A stretch of DNA of 64,000 nucleotides from an uncultured Rickettsiales bacterium (GTDB taxonomy: Bacteria; Pseudomonadota; Alphaproteobacteria; Micavibrionales; GCA-2720935), in contig CATLOR010000001.1 in assembly GCA_950054255.1 (NCBI GenBank), positions 839,589-903,588 on the forward strand, given 5' to 3'. Shown one piece after another: positions 9,817 to 19,506 of this stretch; positions within the stretch are counted from its first letter, which is position 1, and every line of letters begins with the position of its first letter. A model generated the notes under the pieces. The model saw only the letters and a program-made list of their open reading frames with translations. It was not told the DNA's origin and ran no database searches. The translations under genes were made by a program, and so were the position numbers.

Positions 9817-10302
9817 ATGTTGAAGCAAAAAACATCTAGTGGCAGAATAGTGTTACCAAGCCTTATATTTATTATGGCGACAATGAGTGTTTGGGGAATG
9901 GAAACGTTCTTGCGCACGTATGGTAAAAGCCTAGATAAAGATGGCTATAAAGCTGTATCAGCGTCACGTATGGATTTTATCGTAGCTGCTGATTTTAGCA
10001 GACTTGCAGATAAGGTTTATCGTCAAGATCATGGAATGGATAATGCTTGGGATTGTTTTGAAGCAGCACTAGCGATATCAGAAGAATTACAGACAAGAGG
10101 GCAAGGGAAGTGCTTTGACGAGGCCGGAAATGAAATTTTGTCATTTGCTGTTGTCATTCCCGAGAATGCAAATGAATCTTATATTCCTTTGCTACGAGTT
10201 TCGGGAATAGAGGCGCTTCCTTTGGTTGATAAAAAGCCTGATCCTAAAGTTATTACGATACCAGAAAAACGCCCAGCAGCTCCAGCGGCTCGTTTATCAT
10301 AA
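9817..10302 (+). CDS. Hypothetical exported protein (161 aa)
   Basis: Start moved from the ORF-track 9757 to ATG 9817, which is preceded by AAGGAG and the promoter above. N-terminal signal-like segment IVLPSLIFIMATMSVWG. No known domain. Confidence 0.55.
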   Translation: MLKQKTSSGRIVLPSLIFIMATMSVWGMETFLRTYGKSLDKDGYKAVSASRMDFIVAADFSRLADKVYRQDHGMDNAWDCFEAALAISEELQTRGQGKCFDEAGNEILSFAVVIPENANESYIPLLRVSGIEALPLVDKKPDPKVITIPEKRPAAPAARLS

Positions 10303-10323
10303 TTAAGCAAAGTATGATTCATT

Positions 10324-10358
10324 AAAAAAAGCAGATCATTGTCGTGATCTGCTTTTTT
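10324..10358. terminator. Bidirectional rho-independent terminator between convergent genes
   Basis: A7, then a 9-bp perfect stem AGCAGATCA/TGATCTGCT with a 6-nt loop, then T6. Confidence 0.8.
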
Positions 10359-10366
10359 ATTTGGTT

Positions 10367-13102
10367 TTAAACAAAAGCCCCATGGCAATGTTTGAATTTC
10401 TTGCCACTACCACAAGGGCAAGGGTCATTACGTTTGACGCGCCCCCATGTTCTTGGATCACGAGGATCAACATCTTCATCAGAAGTACGTGTTTGACGTG
10501 GCATGTTTGCTAGGTTTGAACCTGCATCATGCTCCATTGATGGCGATTCAAGTGTTGGATCAAAACGACTTTCGTGGACATTTTCAAGAGAACGTGTTTG
10601 TTGTTCTTCCATCAACCTTGGATCTTCTGTACGAATAGAGATGAGGCTTAATGTCATGACAACCTGCTCTCTGAAATTTTCAAGCATTTCATCAAACAGC
10701 GCAAAAGCTTCATATTTATATTCATTCAGAGGATCTTTTTGGCCATAGGCGCGAAGACCAATCCCTTGGCGTAGATGGTCAAGATTAAGCAAATGCTCTT
10801 TCCATGCTTGGTCGAGCAATTGTAAAATGATCATTTTCTCAGCCGTACGCATTAATGTTGCACCATATTCGGCTTCTTTCTCAGCCATTTTCTCATCACT
10901 GGCTTTTTGGAGGCGTTCTTTGATTTCATTATCAGCAATGCCTTCTTCTGACGCCCATGCTTGGATATCCAGATCTAGACCGAGAACACGGTGAACATCT
11001 TTTGTTAGGTTCTCTGTATCCCATTGTTCAGCATAAGAACGTGCAGGGATATGTGTTTCAACCAGCTTATCAACAGCGTCATAACGCATATCTGTTACAA
11101 TTTCTGATAAATCTTCTGCATCCATGATTTCACGGCGCTGATCATAGATCACCATACGTTGATCATTCATTACGTTATCAAATTTAAGCAAGTTTTTACG
11201 GACATCAAAATGTTGCGCTTCCACTTTCTTCTGAGCACGTTCTAAAGCTTTACTAATCCATGGATGTTTAATGACATGACCATGCGTAATGCCCATTTTT
11301 TGTAAGAACATATCCATACGCTCAGATCCGAAAATACGCATCAAATCATCTTCTAATGAGATGTAGAATTTAGAAGCCCCAGGATCCCCCTGACGTCCTG
11401 AACGACCGCGGAGCTGGTTATCAATACGACGAGATTCGTGACGCTCTGTTCCTAAAACATATAAACCACCAGCTTGAAGTACTTTTTGTTTTTCTGCTTC
11501 AACTTCTGTACGGATTTTTGTAATCAGCTCATCACGTTTTTTCTTATCAACGCTCGCAGCAATTTCATGCTCGATACGCATATCAGCATTACCACCGAGT
11601 TTAATATCTGTTCCACGACCAGCCATATTTGTTGCGATTGTGACAGCACCTAAGCGCCCAGCTTGAGAAACAATAGAAGCTTCTTGTTCATGAAGGCGGG
11701 CATTCAAAACACTATGGGCAATTTTTTGTTTCTTTAAGATTTTTGAAAGAACTTCGGATTTTTCAATCGATGTCGTCCCAACAAGAATAGGCTGTCCTTT
11801 ATTTGTACATTCTTGGATTTGTTGTACGATCGCTTCGTATTTTTCTTGCGCTGTACGATAGATCTCATCTTCGTAATCAAGACGCGCAATTTCTTTATTT
11901 GTTGGGATCTCTAATACGTCTAAATTATAGATCTCTGCAAATTCATCTGCTTCCGTAACAGCCGTCCCCGTCATCCCAGAGAGCTTTGGATACATGCGGA
12001 AGTAATTTTGGAAGGTAATAGACGCAAGTGTTTGGTTTTCACGCTGGATCTCAACGCCTTCTTTTGCTTCTAAAGCTTGGTGTAGACCTTCTGCATAACG
12101 GCGACCTTCCATCATACGACCTGTGAATTCATCAATAATAACGATTTTGTTATCTTTGACGATATAGTCTTTATCATGTGTGAAGAGTTTATGAGCACGT
12201 AGCGCTTGTGTTACATGGTGAACAAGTGAAATATTATGCGCATCATACAGGCCACCTTCGGTTAAAAGCCCATCATTACGCAGAATTTGCTCAACATGTT
12301 CAACGCCACGATCTGTTAAAGAAACGGTGCGCGCTTTTTCATCGATCTCATAATCATCTTCAATGAGAGGCGGAATCACAGAATCCAAGCTTGTATATAA
12401 TTCAGAACTGCTTTGAACAACACCAGAAATAATAAGGGGCGTTCTGGCTTCATCAATGAGGATCGAGTCAACTTCGTCAATCACCGCATAATTGAAAGGG
12501 CGTTGCACCATATCAACTTGCGCAAACTTCATATTATCGCGCAAAAAGTCAAAGCCATATTCATTATTTGTACCGTAAGTGATGTCACAAGCATAAGCGG
12601 CGCGGCGGTCATCTTCTTCGATCCCGTTATAAATAACACCAGTTGTTAAACCTAAGAACCCATAAATTTGTGCCATCCATTCGGAGTCACGTTTAGCCAA
12701 ATATTCGTTTACTGTGACGACATGAACGCCTTTTCCTGATAGGGCATTCAAATAAACGGCGAGGGCAGCAACTTGCGTTTTACCTTCCCCTGTTTTCATC
12801 TCCGAGATATTTCCCTGATGAAGATTGATACCACCAATGAGCTGAACATCAAAGTGACGTTGACCTAAGACACGTTTTGTTGCCTCTCTTACAACAGCGA
12901 AGGCTTCAACTAAGAGGTCATCTTCGGTTTCACCTTGTGTTAGGCGCGTTCTAAATTCGTTTGTTTTTGCTTGTAAGTCAGCATCTGATAAAGCGGATAT
13001 TGTTTCTTCCAGTGCGTTGATTGCATCAACAGTTGGTTGAAGTTTCGTAAGTATACGATCATTACGTGTGCCAAAAAGTTTAGTGGCTAAATTTCCAAAC
13101 AT
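10367..13102 (-). CDS. secA: Preprotein translocase ATPase SecA
   Basis: Full-length SecA homology with a C-terminal zinc motif ([14 protein letters not shown]). The start is set at [16 protein letters not shown] (13102) because a promoter lies inside the longer ORF-track version. Confidence 0.95.
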   Translation of the reverse strand: MFGNLATKLFGTRNDRILTKLQPTVDAINALEETISALSDADLQAKTNEFRTRLTQGETEDDLLVEAFAVVREATKRVLGQRHFDVQLIGGINLHQGNISEMKTGEGKTQVAALAVYLNALSGKGVHVVTVNEYLAKRDSEWMAQIYGFLGLTTGVIYNGIEEDDRRAAYACDITYGTNNEYGFDFLRDNMKFAQVDMVQRPFNYAVIDEVDSILIDEARTPLIISGVVQSSSELYTSLDSVIPPLIEDDYEIDEKARTVSLTDRGVEHVEQILRNDGLLTEGGLYDAHNISLVHHVTQALRAHKLFTHDKDYIVKDNKIVIIDEFTGRMMEGRRYAEGLHQALEAKEGVEIQRENQTLASITFQNYFRMYPKLSGMTGTAVTEADEFAEIYNLDVLEIPTNKEIARLDYEDEIYRTAQEKYEAIVQQIQECTNKGQPILVGTTSIEKSEVLSKILKKQKIAHSVLNARLHEQEASIVSQAGRLGAVTIATNMAGRGTDIKLGGNADMRIEHEIAASVDKKKRDELITKIRTEVEAEKQKVLQAGGLYVLGTERHESRRIDNQLRGRSGRQGDPGASKFYISLEDDLMRIFGSERMDMFLQKMGITHGHVIKHPWISKALERAQKKVEAQHFDVRKNLLKFDNVMNDQRMVIYDQRREIMDAEDLSEIVTDMRYDAVDKLVETHIPARSYAEQWDTENLTKDVHRVLGLDLDIQAWASEEGIADNEIKERLQKASDEKMAEKEAEYGATLMRTAEKMIILQLLDQAWKEHLLNLDHLRQGIGLRAYGQKDPLNEYKYEAFALFDEMLENFREQVVMTLSLISIRTEDPRLMEEQQTRSLENVHESRFDPTLESPSMEHDAGSNLANMPRQTRTSDEDVDPRDPRTWGRVKRNDPCPCGSGKKFKHCHGAFV

Positions 13103-13140
13103 AGTTTTAAATAATCCCAAAATTGTATTAACCTCCAAGG

Positions 13141-13168
13141 AATATAGGATAAGCATAGGCTCTGTCAA
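13141..13168 (-). promoter_or_regulatory. Sigma70-type promoter candidate for secA
   Basis: Minus strand: TTGACA, 16-nt spacer, TATATT, about 38 nt upstream of the secA ATG. Confidence 0.6.
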
Positions 13169-13281
13169 TTCATATTCTTAGACATTTATATGCTTTTCTT
13201 ATCCGATCAATGGTTGTTTTTTGATTAAAAGATTATATAGTGAGTCTATAGTAAATGTTTAATCAAAAAAATGGATATATC

Positions 13282-14094
13282 ATGAAAAAAACACTCTTTC
13301 TTCTTTCAACAGCTCTTTTCCTTTCTTCTCCAACACTTGTGAAAGCTGAAAATGTGATCGCAACGGTTAATGGTGCAACGATTACACAAGAGCAAGTACA
13401 AGAGTTTTTTGATAAATCCCCAGCAGCAAGCAGAGGCCTGTCTGTTACAGAGCTTCAGGAAACAATTGTAGATCAATTAATTACAACAACACTCATTGAT
13501 GAGGCGATTACAAAGGAAAAATTCGCTGATCAAAAAGATGTACAAGAGAAATTAGAAATGGCGCGCACAGAAATTTTACGCGACTTATGGGTGGAAAAGC
13601 AGCTTGAAGCCCGTTTAACAGACGAATTTTTACGTGAGAAATATAAAGAGGTTGCAGAAAAATTAGCTGAAGAATATGAGGTCAAAGCACGTCACATTTT
13701 ACTTGATACAAAAGAAGGCGCGGAAGATGTTATAAAAAGTTTAGATGACGGTGCTGATTTTGCTGAATTAGCAACAACAAAATCGATTGGGCCAAGTGGT
13801 AAAGAAGGCGGTGATCTTGGTTTCTTTACAAAAGGCGCTATGGTTCCTGAATTTAGTGAGAAAGCATTTTCTTTAGAAAAAGGCGCTTACACGAAAGAGC
13901 CTGTGCAAACCCAATTTGGGTGGCATGTTATTTTAGTTGAAGATAAGCGTAAAGTGAAAGCACCTGAGTTTGAAGAAGTGTTACCACGTTTAAAAGCAGA
14001 ACAGTCACGTGCTGTTTTACAATCGGTTTTTGATGATTTGCGCTCAAAAGCAACAATCACACGCAAAGCGGCTCCCGTAAAAGAATCTGAATAA
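13282..14094 (+). CDS. Periplasmic parvulin-type peptidyl-prolyl isomerase (PpiC/SurA-like)
   Basis: Signal peptide MKKTLFLLSTALFLSSPTLVKA. Parvulin domain ARHILL...GGDLGFF...MVPEFSEKAF...TQFGWHVILVEDKR. Confidence 0.85.
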   Translation: MKKTLFLLSTALFLSSPTLVKAENVIATVNGATITQEQVQEFFDKSPAASRGLSVTELQETIVDQLITTTLIDEAITKEKFADQKDVQEKLEMARTEILRDLWVEKQLEARLTDEFLREKYKEVAEKLAEEYEVKARHILLDTKEGAEDVIKSLDDGADFAELATTKSIGPSGKEGGDLGFFTKGAMVPEFSEKAFSLEKGAYTKEPVQTQFGWHVILVEDKRKVKAPEFEEVLPRLKAEQSRAVLQSVFDDLRSKATITRKAAPVKESE

Positions 14095-14111
14095 TTGAGA
14101 TCTTTGTCGTT

Positions 14112-14552
14112 ATGGGATGCTGGGATATAGAGGAACCTGTACAAAAACACCCAAAGAAGATGGTTTTGGTTGCAGCTGTTGCTCTTATTGATAGTGATGG
14201 CCGTATTCTAATAGCACGTCGCCCTGAAGGCAAAAAAATGGCAGGCCTGTGGGAGTTTCCAGGTGGTAAAGTTGAGGCGGGTGAAACACCTGAACAAGCT
14301 TTAATCCGTGAACTGGAGGAAGAGCTTGGTATTGTGACCAAAAATTCATGCTTAGCCCCAATAGCCTTTGCTTCTCATAGTTATGAAGATATGCATTTAT
14401 TAATGCCCTTATTTGTATGTCGTATTTGGGAGGGAATTCCTGTTGCGAAAGAAGGGCAAACATTAAAATGGGTGCAGATTTCTGAGTTAACAGAATATGA
14501 CATGCCTGCTGCTGATTTACCTTTAATTCCTTTTTTGAGAGATCTTTTATAA
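14112..14552 (+). CDS. mutT: NUDIX hydrolase, MutT-like (8-oxo-dGTP diphosphatase)
   Basis: Nudix box GLWEFPGGKVEAGETPEQALIRELEEELGI. Alternative start at ATG 14160. Confidence 0.8.
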   Translation: MGCWDIEEPVQKHPKKMVLVAAVALIDSDGRILIARRPEGKKMAGLWEFPGGKVEAGETPEQALIRELEEELGIVTKNSCLAPIAFASHSYEDMHLLMPLFVCRIWEGIPVAKEGQTLKWVQISELTEYDMPAADLPLIPFLRDLL

Positions 14553-15205
14553 TGATACGCGATTTTTATAAAACAAATCTAGGATCTTATATTATTTCAG
14601 TTTTTCAATCGACATTGATCCCAAAATTAGATCGATTACCGACATTATGGCTGGGGTTTGCTGATGAACATTTTTTATCGCGTGATGATGTGATTGGCTC
14701 AGAATTACCTTTGGAAGAAGATAAGCAAAATTTTGCCTGTGATTATCATGATCTTCCCTTTGAAACAATGAGTTATAAGCAAGTTGTTATGTGGCATGTC
14801 TTAGAAAAAAACAGTGATCCTAAGAAATGTTTAGAAGAAGTTTGGGAAGTTTTAGATGGTGAAGGAAAAGTGTTTGTTATTATTCCTAACCGTTTAGGTG
14901 TCTGGGCGAGTTCTGATAAAACACCTTTTGGGCATGGTATGCCTTATAGTACAGGACAAATTAAAAAGCTGTTAAACGATGTTGGTTTTGAACCAATATC
15001 GCTTTCCAGTTGTTTGTATAATTGGCCATCTCAGAAAAAATGGGTTTTAAAAACAGCTCCATTTTTCGAATGGGTTGGGCGATATTTTTTTAGTCCATTT
15101 GGAGGCGCTCTCATTGTTGAGGCTAAGAAAAAAATTTACAGAGCAACTTTAACTGGTGAAAATGAGAAAAACAGAGCTTTTACCGTGCAGCCTGTTTCAA
15201 TATAA
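14552..15205 (+). CDS. Putative SAM-dependent methyltransferase-like protein
   Basis: 217 aa. WHVLEKNSDPKKCLEEVWEVLDGEGKVFVIIPNR resembles the C-terminal half of the Methyltransf_11 fold. The N-terminal SAM motif is not obvious. Confidence 0.45.
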   Translation: MIRDFYKTNLGSYIISVFQSTLIPKLDRLPTLWLGFADEHFLSRDDVIGSELPLEEDKQNFACDYHDLPFETMSYKQVVMWHVLEKNSDPKKCLEEVWEVLDGEGKVFVIIPNRLGVWASSDKTPFGHGMPYSTGQIKKLLNDVGFEPISLSSCLYNWPSQKKWVLKTAPFFEWVGRYFFSPFGGALIVEAKKKIYRATLTGENEKNRAFTVQPVSI

Positions 15206-15221
15206 AAAGGGAGTATAAACT

Positions 15222-16289
15222 ATGACGCTACATGCAAAAAAACAACTCGATACGATTAAACCATATGTTCCAGGTGCTTTTGAAGCAGGAGCTGTAAAGC
15301 TTTCTTCTAATGAAAACCCTTTAGGGTTTTCAGATCAAGCAAAAGAAGCCTATAAAAAAGCAGCAGATGATTTAGCATTTTATCCAGATGGTGGATGTAA
15401 TGAATTACGAGAGGCTCTTGCTAAAACGCATGGGTTAAAAAAAGAAGAAATTGTCGTTGGTGCGGGGTCTGATGAGATGATCCGTACATTGTTTCATGCG
15501 TTTGCAAAAGAAGGGGATGAGATTATTTATCCTGAATGTGATTTCTTGATGTATCCTTTAAGTACACAAGTCAATGGTGCGAAACAAGTCCCTGTCAAAG
15601 ACATGAATTTTCATCTTGACCCACATAGTATTATTGACAAAATAACAGATAAAACACGGGTGATTATTTTCTCAAATCCACATGTCCCAGCGGGATCGTT
15701 CCTATCATATGATGAAATTTGTGGTTTAATCTCAAGAATTTCAAGTGATATCCTTGTTGTGCTTGATGCTGCTTATGCGGAATATATGTTTGAAGGAGAT
15801 GATTATAACCCGGGTCATGAACTTGTTCGGACTTATGAGAATGTTGTTGTTTTGAGAACGTTTTCTAAAGCCTATGGATTAGCAGGACTTCGTGTTGGCT
15901 GGGCACATGCTTCATCATCTGTTATTGATGCCTTAAATTGTGTAAGAGGGGCATTTAATGTTTCAATGCCAGCACAAAAAGCAGCAATAGCTGCGTTAAG
16001 TGATCAAGCGTTTGTTAAAAAGACAAGAGATTATACAGCCGAAGTGCGGAATGATTTTATTGTAAAATTAACAGGTATGGGATTTCATGTTTATCCATCA
16101 CATACAAATTTCATTCTGGTTGATTTTGGGAGTGATGAACGCGCGAATATTGTTCGTAATTATTTGAAAAATAATAAAGTACTTGTGCGTCCGATGGGGT
16201 TTTGTAACTTAGGCCATTGTCTTCGTTTCTCTGTTGGGTTAAAAGAAGATATGGACATGGTTGCATCACTTTTGAAAGAAATGGCTTAG
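15222..16289 (+). CDS. hisC: Histidinol-phosphate aminotransferase
   Basis: 355 aa; SSNENPLG and the PLP-lysine motif RTFSKAYGLAGLRVGW. Confidence 0.9.
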   Translation: MTLHAKKQLDTIKPYVPGAFEAGAVKLSSNENPLGFSDQAKEAYKKAADDLAFYPDGGCNELREALAKTHGLKKEEIVVGAGSDEMIRTLFHAFAKEGDEIIYPECDFLMYPLSTQVNGAKQVPVKDMNFHLDPHSIIDKITDKTRVIIFSNPHVPAGSFLSYDEICGLISRISSDILVVLDAAYAEYMFEGDDYNPGHELVRTYENVVVLRTFSKAYGLAGLRVGWAHASSSVIDALNCVRGAFNVSMPAQKAAIAALSDQAFVKKTRDYTAEVRNDFIVKLTGMGFHVYPSHTNFILVDFGSDERANIVRNYLKNNKVLVRPMGFCNLGHCLRFSVGLKEDMDMVASLLKEMA

Positions 16290-16299
16290 ACGAGAAAGA

Positions 16300-17172
16300 A
16301 TGACCTTTAAAAAAGTAACGATTATAGGCGCAGGGCTTATAGGATCTTCGATAGCACGCGCTATAAAAGAAGCAGAACATGATACACATTTAACAATTTC
16401 TGATATGAGTGAAAATGTCTGTGAGCAAGCAGATGAACTGCGCTTAGCCGATGATATTACAAGCGATGTTGCTTTGGCTGTCAAAGGTGCTGATCTAGTG
16501 ATGATTGCTATCCCTGTTGGCGCTTTTAAAAAACTCCTCCCTCAAATTAAAGATCATTTAAAGCCTGGATGTATTGTTTCTGATGTTGGATCTGTGAAGC
16601 AAAATGTTTATGATGAAATGAAAAATATTCTGCCTGAAACCGTTTCACTTATTCCTGGCCATCCGATTGCAGGAACCGAGAATTCTGGACCAGCCTCAGG
16701 CTTTGCGACTTTATTCGAGCGCCGTTGGGTTATTTTAACCCCTGTGGAAGGACGTTATGAAGAGGATGCATTGGCAAGATTAAAAACATGGTGGGAAAGT
16801 TTTGGTGCGCGTATTGGTGTGATGAGTGCTCAGCATCATGATCATGTTCTTGCTGTAACATCGCATTTACCCCATTTGGTAGCGTTTTCAATTATGAATA
16901 CAGCCTTTGATTTAGAAGAAGAAACCAAACAAGAAATTATTCAATATTCCGCTGGTGGTTTTAGGGATTTTACACGTGTTGCAGGATCTGATCCTATTAT
17001 GTGGCGTGATATTTTCTTACAAAATAAAGAACCTGTTTTAAATCTATTACAGCGTTTCACGGAGGATTTAACGATCCTACAAAAACATATTAGACGTGGT
17101 GATGGGGAAGCGCTTCAAGCATATTTCCAAAAAGCACGTGACCTACGCAAGAATTTAAAAACAGATCATTAG
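16300..17172 (+). CDS. tyrC: Prephenate/arogenate (cyclohexadienyl) dehydrogenase
   Basis: Rossmann motif IIGAGLIGSS. PGHPIAGTE and HDHVLAVTSHLPHLVAF motifs. The hisC-tyrC pairing is common in Alphaproteobacteria. Confidence 0.85.
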   Translation: MTFKKVTIIGAGLIGSSIARAIKEAEHDTHLTISDMSENVCEQADELRLADDITSDVALAVKGADLVMIAIPVGAFKKLLPQIKDHLKPGCIVSDVGSVKQNVYDEMKNILPETVSLIPGHPIAGTENSGPASGFATLFERRWVILTPVEGRYEEDALARLKTWWESFGARIGVMSAQHHDHVLAVTSHLPHLVAFSIMNTAFDLEEETKQEIIQYSAGGFRDFTRVAGSDPIMWRDIFLQNKEPVLNLLQRFTEDLTILQKHIRRGDGEALQAYFQKARDLRKNLKTDH

Positions 17173-17885
17173 ATATTGTTTGCTAACAGATCGCTTTCGC
17201 GTTCTATATCGTTTTCAAGTTGCTTTAAAACCGCTTTAGGATCTTGGCCTGCAGGAACAAGTGGCAGGATTTTAAAAGTTACAAGACCAGGTTTTTTCAA
17301 GAAAGAATTCTTTCCCCAAAAACACCCTGAGTTTAAAGCAATAGGTAAAATGGGTAGATTATAGTGTTCGTAAAGTCGCATAAAGCCTGACTTATAGGGT
17401 TTTTTCTCACCTACTTTTGTGCGTGTGCCTTGTGGAAAAATAGCAATAGGACGGCCTGACTCAACAACATCTTTTGAGTTTGTAATGATGCTGTTAAGGG
17501 CTGCACGTGTTTTTCCTCTATTAATAGGGATCATTTTTGAAAAGATTAAATAAAGCCCCCAAAGAGGAATCCATTGAAGCTCTTTTTTGTAAATGATTGC
17601 AGGTTTATCAAAAATAATAAACAGTTTGAGCGTTTCATAAGCGGATTGATGTTTTGAGGCTATAATAAAGCTTCCATTCTCAGGTATATGCTCTGCGCCA
17701 ATGATTTGGTAATCTAGGCCCAGAATATATTTCTCCATATAATATACGCTCTTAAAATAGAACGTAATACCTGCGAAAACGACTTTTAAGGGAAATAAAA
17801 AAGTTGGTAACAATATAATTGTTATCAGCAAAGATCCGACATAAAAACACAGATTAAAGAGAAGCGTGCGAATAAAAGCGATCAT
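17169..17885 (-). CDS. plsC: 1-acyl-sn-glycerol-3-phosphate acyltransferase family protein
   Basis: N-terminal TM segment, acyltransferase motif SKHQSAYE, and IFPQGTR motif. Confidence 0.8.
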   Translation of the reverse strand: MIAFIRTLLFNLCFYVGSLLITIILLPTFLFPLKVVFAGITFYFKSVYYMEKYILGLDYQIIGAEHIPENGSFIIASKHQSAYETLKLFIIFDKPAIIYKKELQWIPLWGLYLIFSKMIPINRGKTRAALNSIITNSKDVVESGRPIAIFPQGTRTKVGEKKPYKSGFMRLYEHYNLPILPIALNSGCFWGKNSFLKKPGLVTFKILPLVPAGQDPKAVLKQLENDIERESDLLANNI

Positions 17886-17903
17886 AGCGTAGGAGCGACT
17901 AGA

Positions 17904-18119
17904 TTAAACCTCGTCTAAATCAATGTCTAGAATAGCCATTGAGAAATTATAAGATGTTTCGCCTTCATCAACATCTTTGTAAATAACGCCAATAAATTCA
18001 TCACCAAGTTTTACTTCGATTGAATCAGAACGTTGCTCTTTCATATCAAGAATTAATTGATTGTTAGCAAATTTCTTACGTAGAAAATTTTGGACTTTTG
18101 CGATCTCAGCTGTATGCAT
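17904..18119 (-). CDS. DUF3126 family protein
   Basis: 71 aa; VQNFLRKKFANNQLIL...GDEFIGVIYKDVDEGETSYNFSMAILDIDL matches my memory of DUF3126. Confidence 0.6.
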   Translation of the reverse strand: MHTAEIAKVQNFLRKKFANNQLILDMKEQRSDSIEVKLGDEFIGVIYKDVDEGETSYNFSMAILDIDLDEV

Positions 18120-18177
18120 TGTGCTATACTTTCTTCTTAGTTAACTGTGATAATTTAAGAAGTAATGTAAGCGAAGA

Positions 18178-19503
18178 TTAACGTTCACGCAAGGCTTCAT
18201 TTTTGGCTTTTAAAATTGGTTTTGCAAGATAGTCAAAAACAGATTTTTGTCCTGTTAAAATATCGACACTTGCTGTCATGCCTGGAATGATTGGTAGCTC
18301 TTTTCCTTTGTGTAAAAGAGATGTTTCTGGTGTCCTTAATAACACTTTGTAAAAGCTATTGCCTTCTTGATCTGTTGTTGTGTCGGCGCTAATATTTTCA
18401 ACCTGTGCTTTTAGGCCACCATAGATTGAAAAATCATAGGCAGTGATTTTAATAATAGCTTCTTGGCTTGGGCTAATGAATGCGATATCAGCAGGTTTGA
18501 TTTTGGCTTCAACAAGTAAAGTATCATTTAAAGGAACAATTTCCATGATCTCTTGTCCTGGCTGTAAAACGCCTCCAACTGTATTGATGAAGATGTCTTT
18601 GACACTGCCTTGAACGGGAGAGGTCACTTCGGTTCTTTTAACACGATCTTCCCCAGCACGCATAGCTTGTGCTAAAGATTCAAGCTCTGAGCGAACACTA
18701 TTTAAATCTTGAGATGCTTTTGAGCGTGCTTTTAACGAGATTTCTTTGATTTGTTTTTCTGTTTCACTGACAGCTGTTTGAGCGCGAGGAATAGACAGCT
18801 TAATAGTTCTAATTTCACCATCAATATCAGCCATATCCCCTTCTAAACGGATAAGGTCTAATTGCGGAACAAGGCCTTGTCTTACAAGGGGCTGTGTCAT
18901 GCCATATTCTCTTTGGACGACAGCGAGCTGACTTTCTAACTGGGAAAGACGAGAGCGCAATTCTTCAACTTCTTGACGACGCTGCTCTGCGCGTGATTGT
19001 AGCACCGATATTTCGGCATTAAGCTGTTCACGACTAATATTATATTGAGATGTTTCTTGCCTCACAGCCGTTGCGGCATCTTCTTTTAAATCAACAGGAA
19101 AACGGAGGCTATTTCCCGAAACTTCGGCTTCTAAGCGAATAACGCGCGCACGTAAATTATTATAGCGTGTCTTTTCTTCGCGGTAACTTGACTCAGCTGT
19201 TGAATTGTCAATACGAAGTAAGACATCTCCGACCTCGACAATATCACCAACATCAACAAGGATTTCTGATACAATACCACCTTCAAGGTTTTGAATAACT
19301 TTTGTACGACTAGATGGAATGACTTGCCCGTCACCGCGTGTAACTTCGTCTAAAATGGCATAGTGTGACCATGTAATGAAAGAGAGAATAAATGCTAAGA
19401 CAAAGAAAGAAAGAAAATAAGCAAGGCGTCCAGCATCACGGTGTGCTGCTGCTTGAACATCGCTCATAAAATCTAAATCTTCATGTTCTTTTTTTTCAAA
19501 CAT
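18178..19503 (-). CDS. Type I secretion membrane fusion protein (HlyD/LssD family)
   Basis: 441 aa with an N-terminal TM helix, a long coiled-coil, and C-terminal beta domains ending in the typical SVFDYLAKPI. It lies 3 nt downstream of the ABC gene. Confidence 0.9.
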   Translation of the reverse strand: MFEKKEHEDLDFMSDVQAAAHRDAGRLAYFLSFFVLAFILSFITWSHYAILDEVTRGDGQVIPSSRTKVIQNLEGGIVSEILVDVGDIVEVGDVLLRIDNSTAESSYREEKTRYNNLRARVIRLEAEVSGNSLRFPVDLKEDAATAVRQETSQYNISREQLNAEISVLQSRAEQRRQEVEELRSRLSQLESQLAVVQREYGMTQPLVRQGLVPQLDLIRLEGDMADIDGEIRTIKLSIPRAQTAVSETEKQIKEISLKARSKASQDLNSVRSELESLAQAMRAGEDRVKRTEVTSPVQGSVKDIFINTVGGVLQPGQEIMEIVPLNDTLLVEAKIKPADIAFISPSQEAIIKITAYDFSIYGGLKAQVENISADTTTDQEGNSFYKVLLRTPETSLLHKGKELPIIPGMTASVDILTGQKSVFDYLAKPILKAKNEALRER

Positions 19504-19506
19504 TTT

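Noticed and set aside
13103-13168. 22-codon N-terminal extension of secA ([22 protein letters not shown])
   Set aside because: A TTGACA-N16-TATATT promoter lies inside this stretch. SecA proteins normally begin M(L/F)G...FG..N.R, as at 13102.
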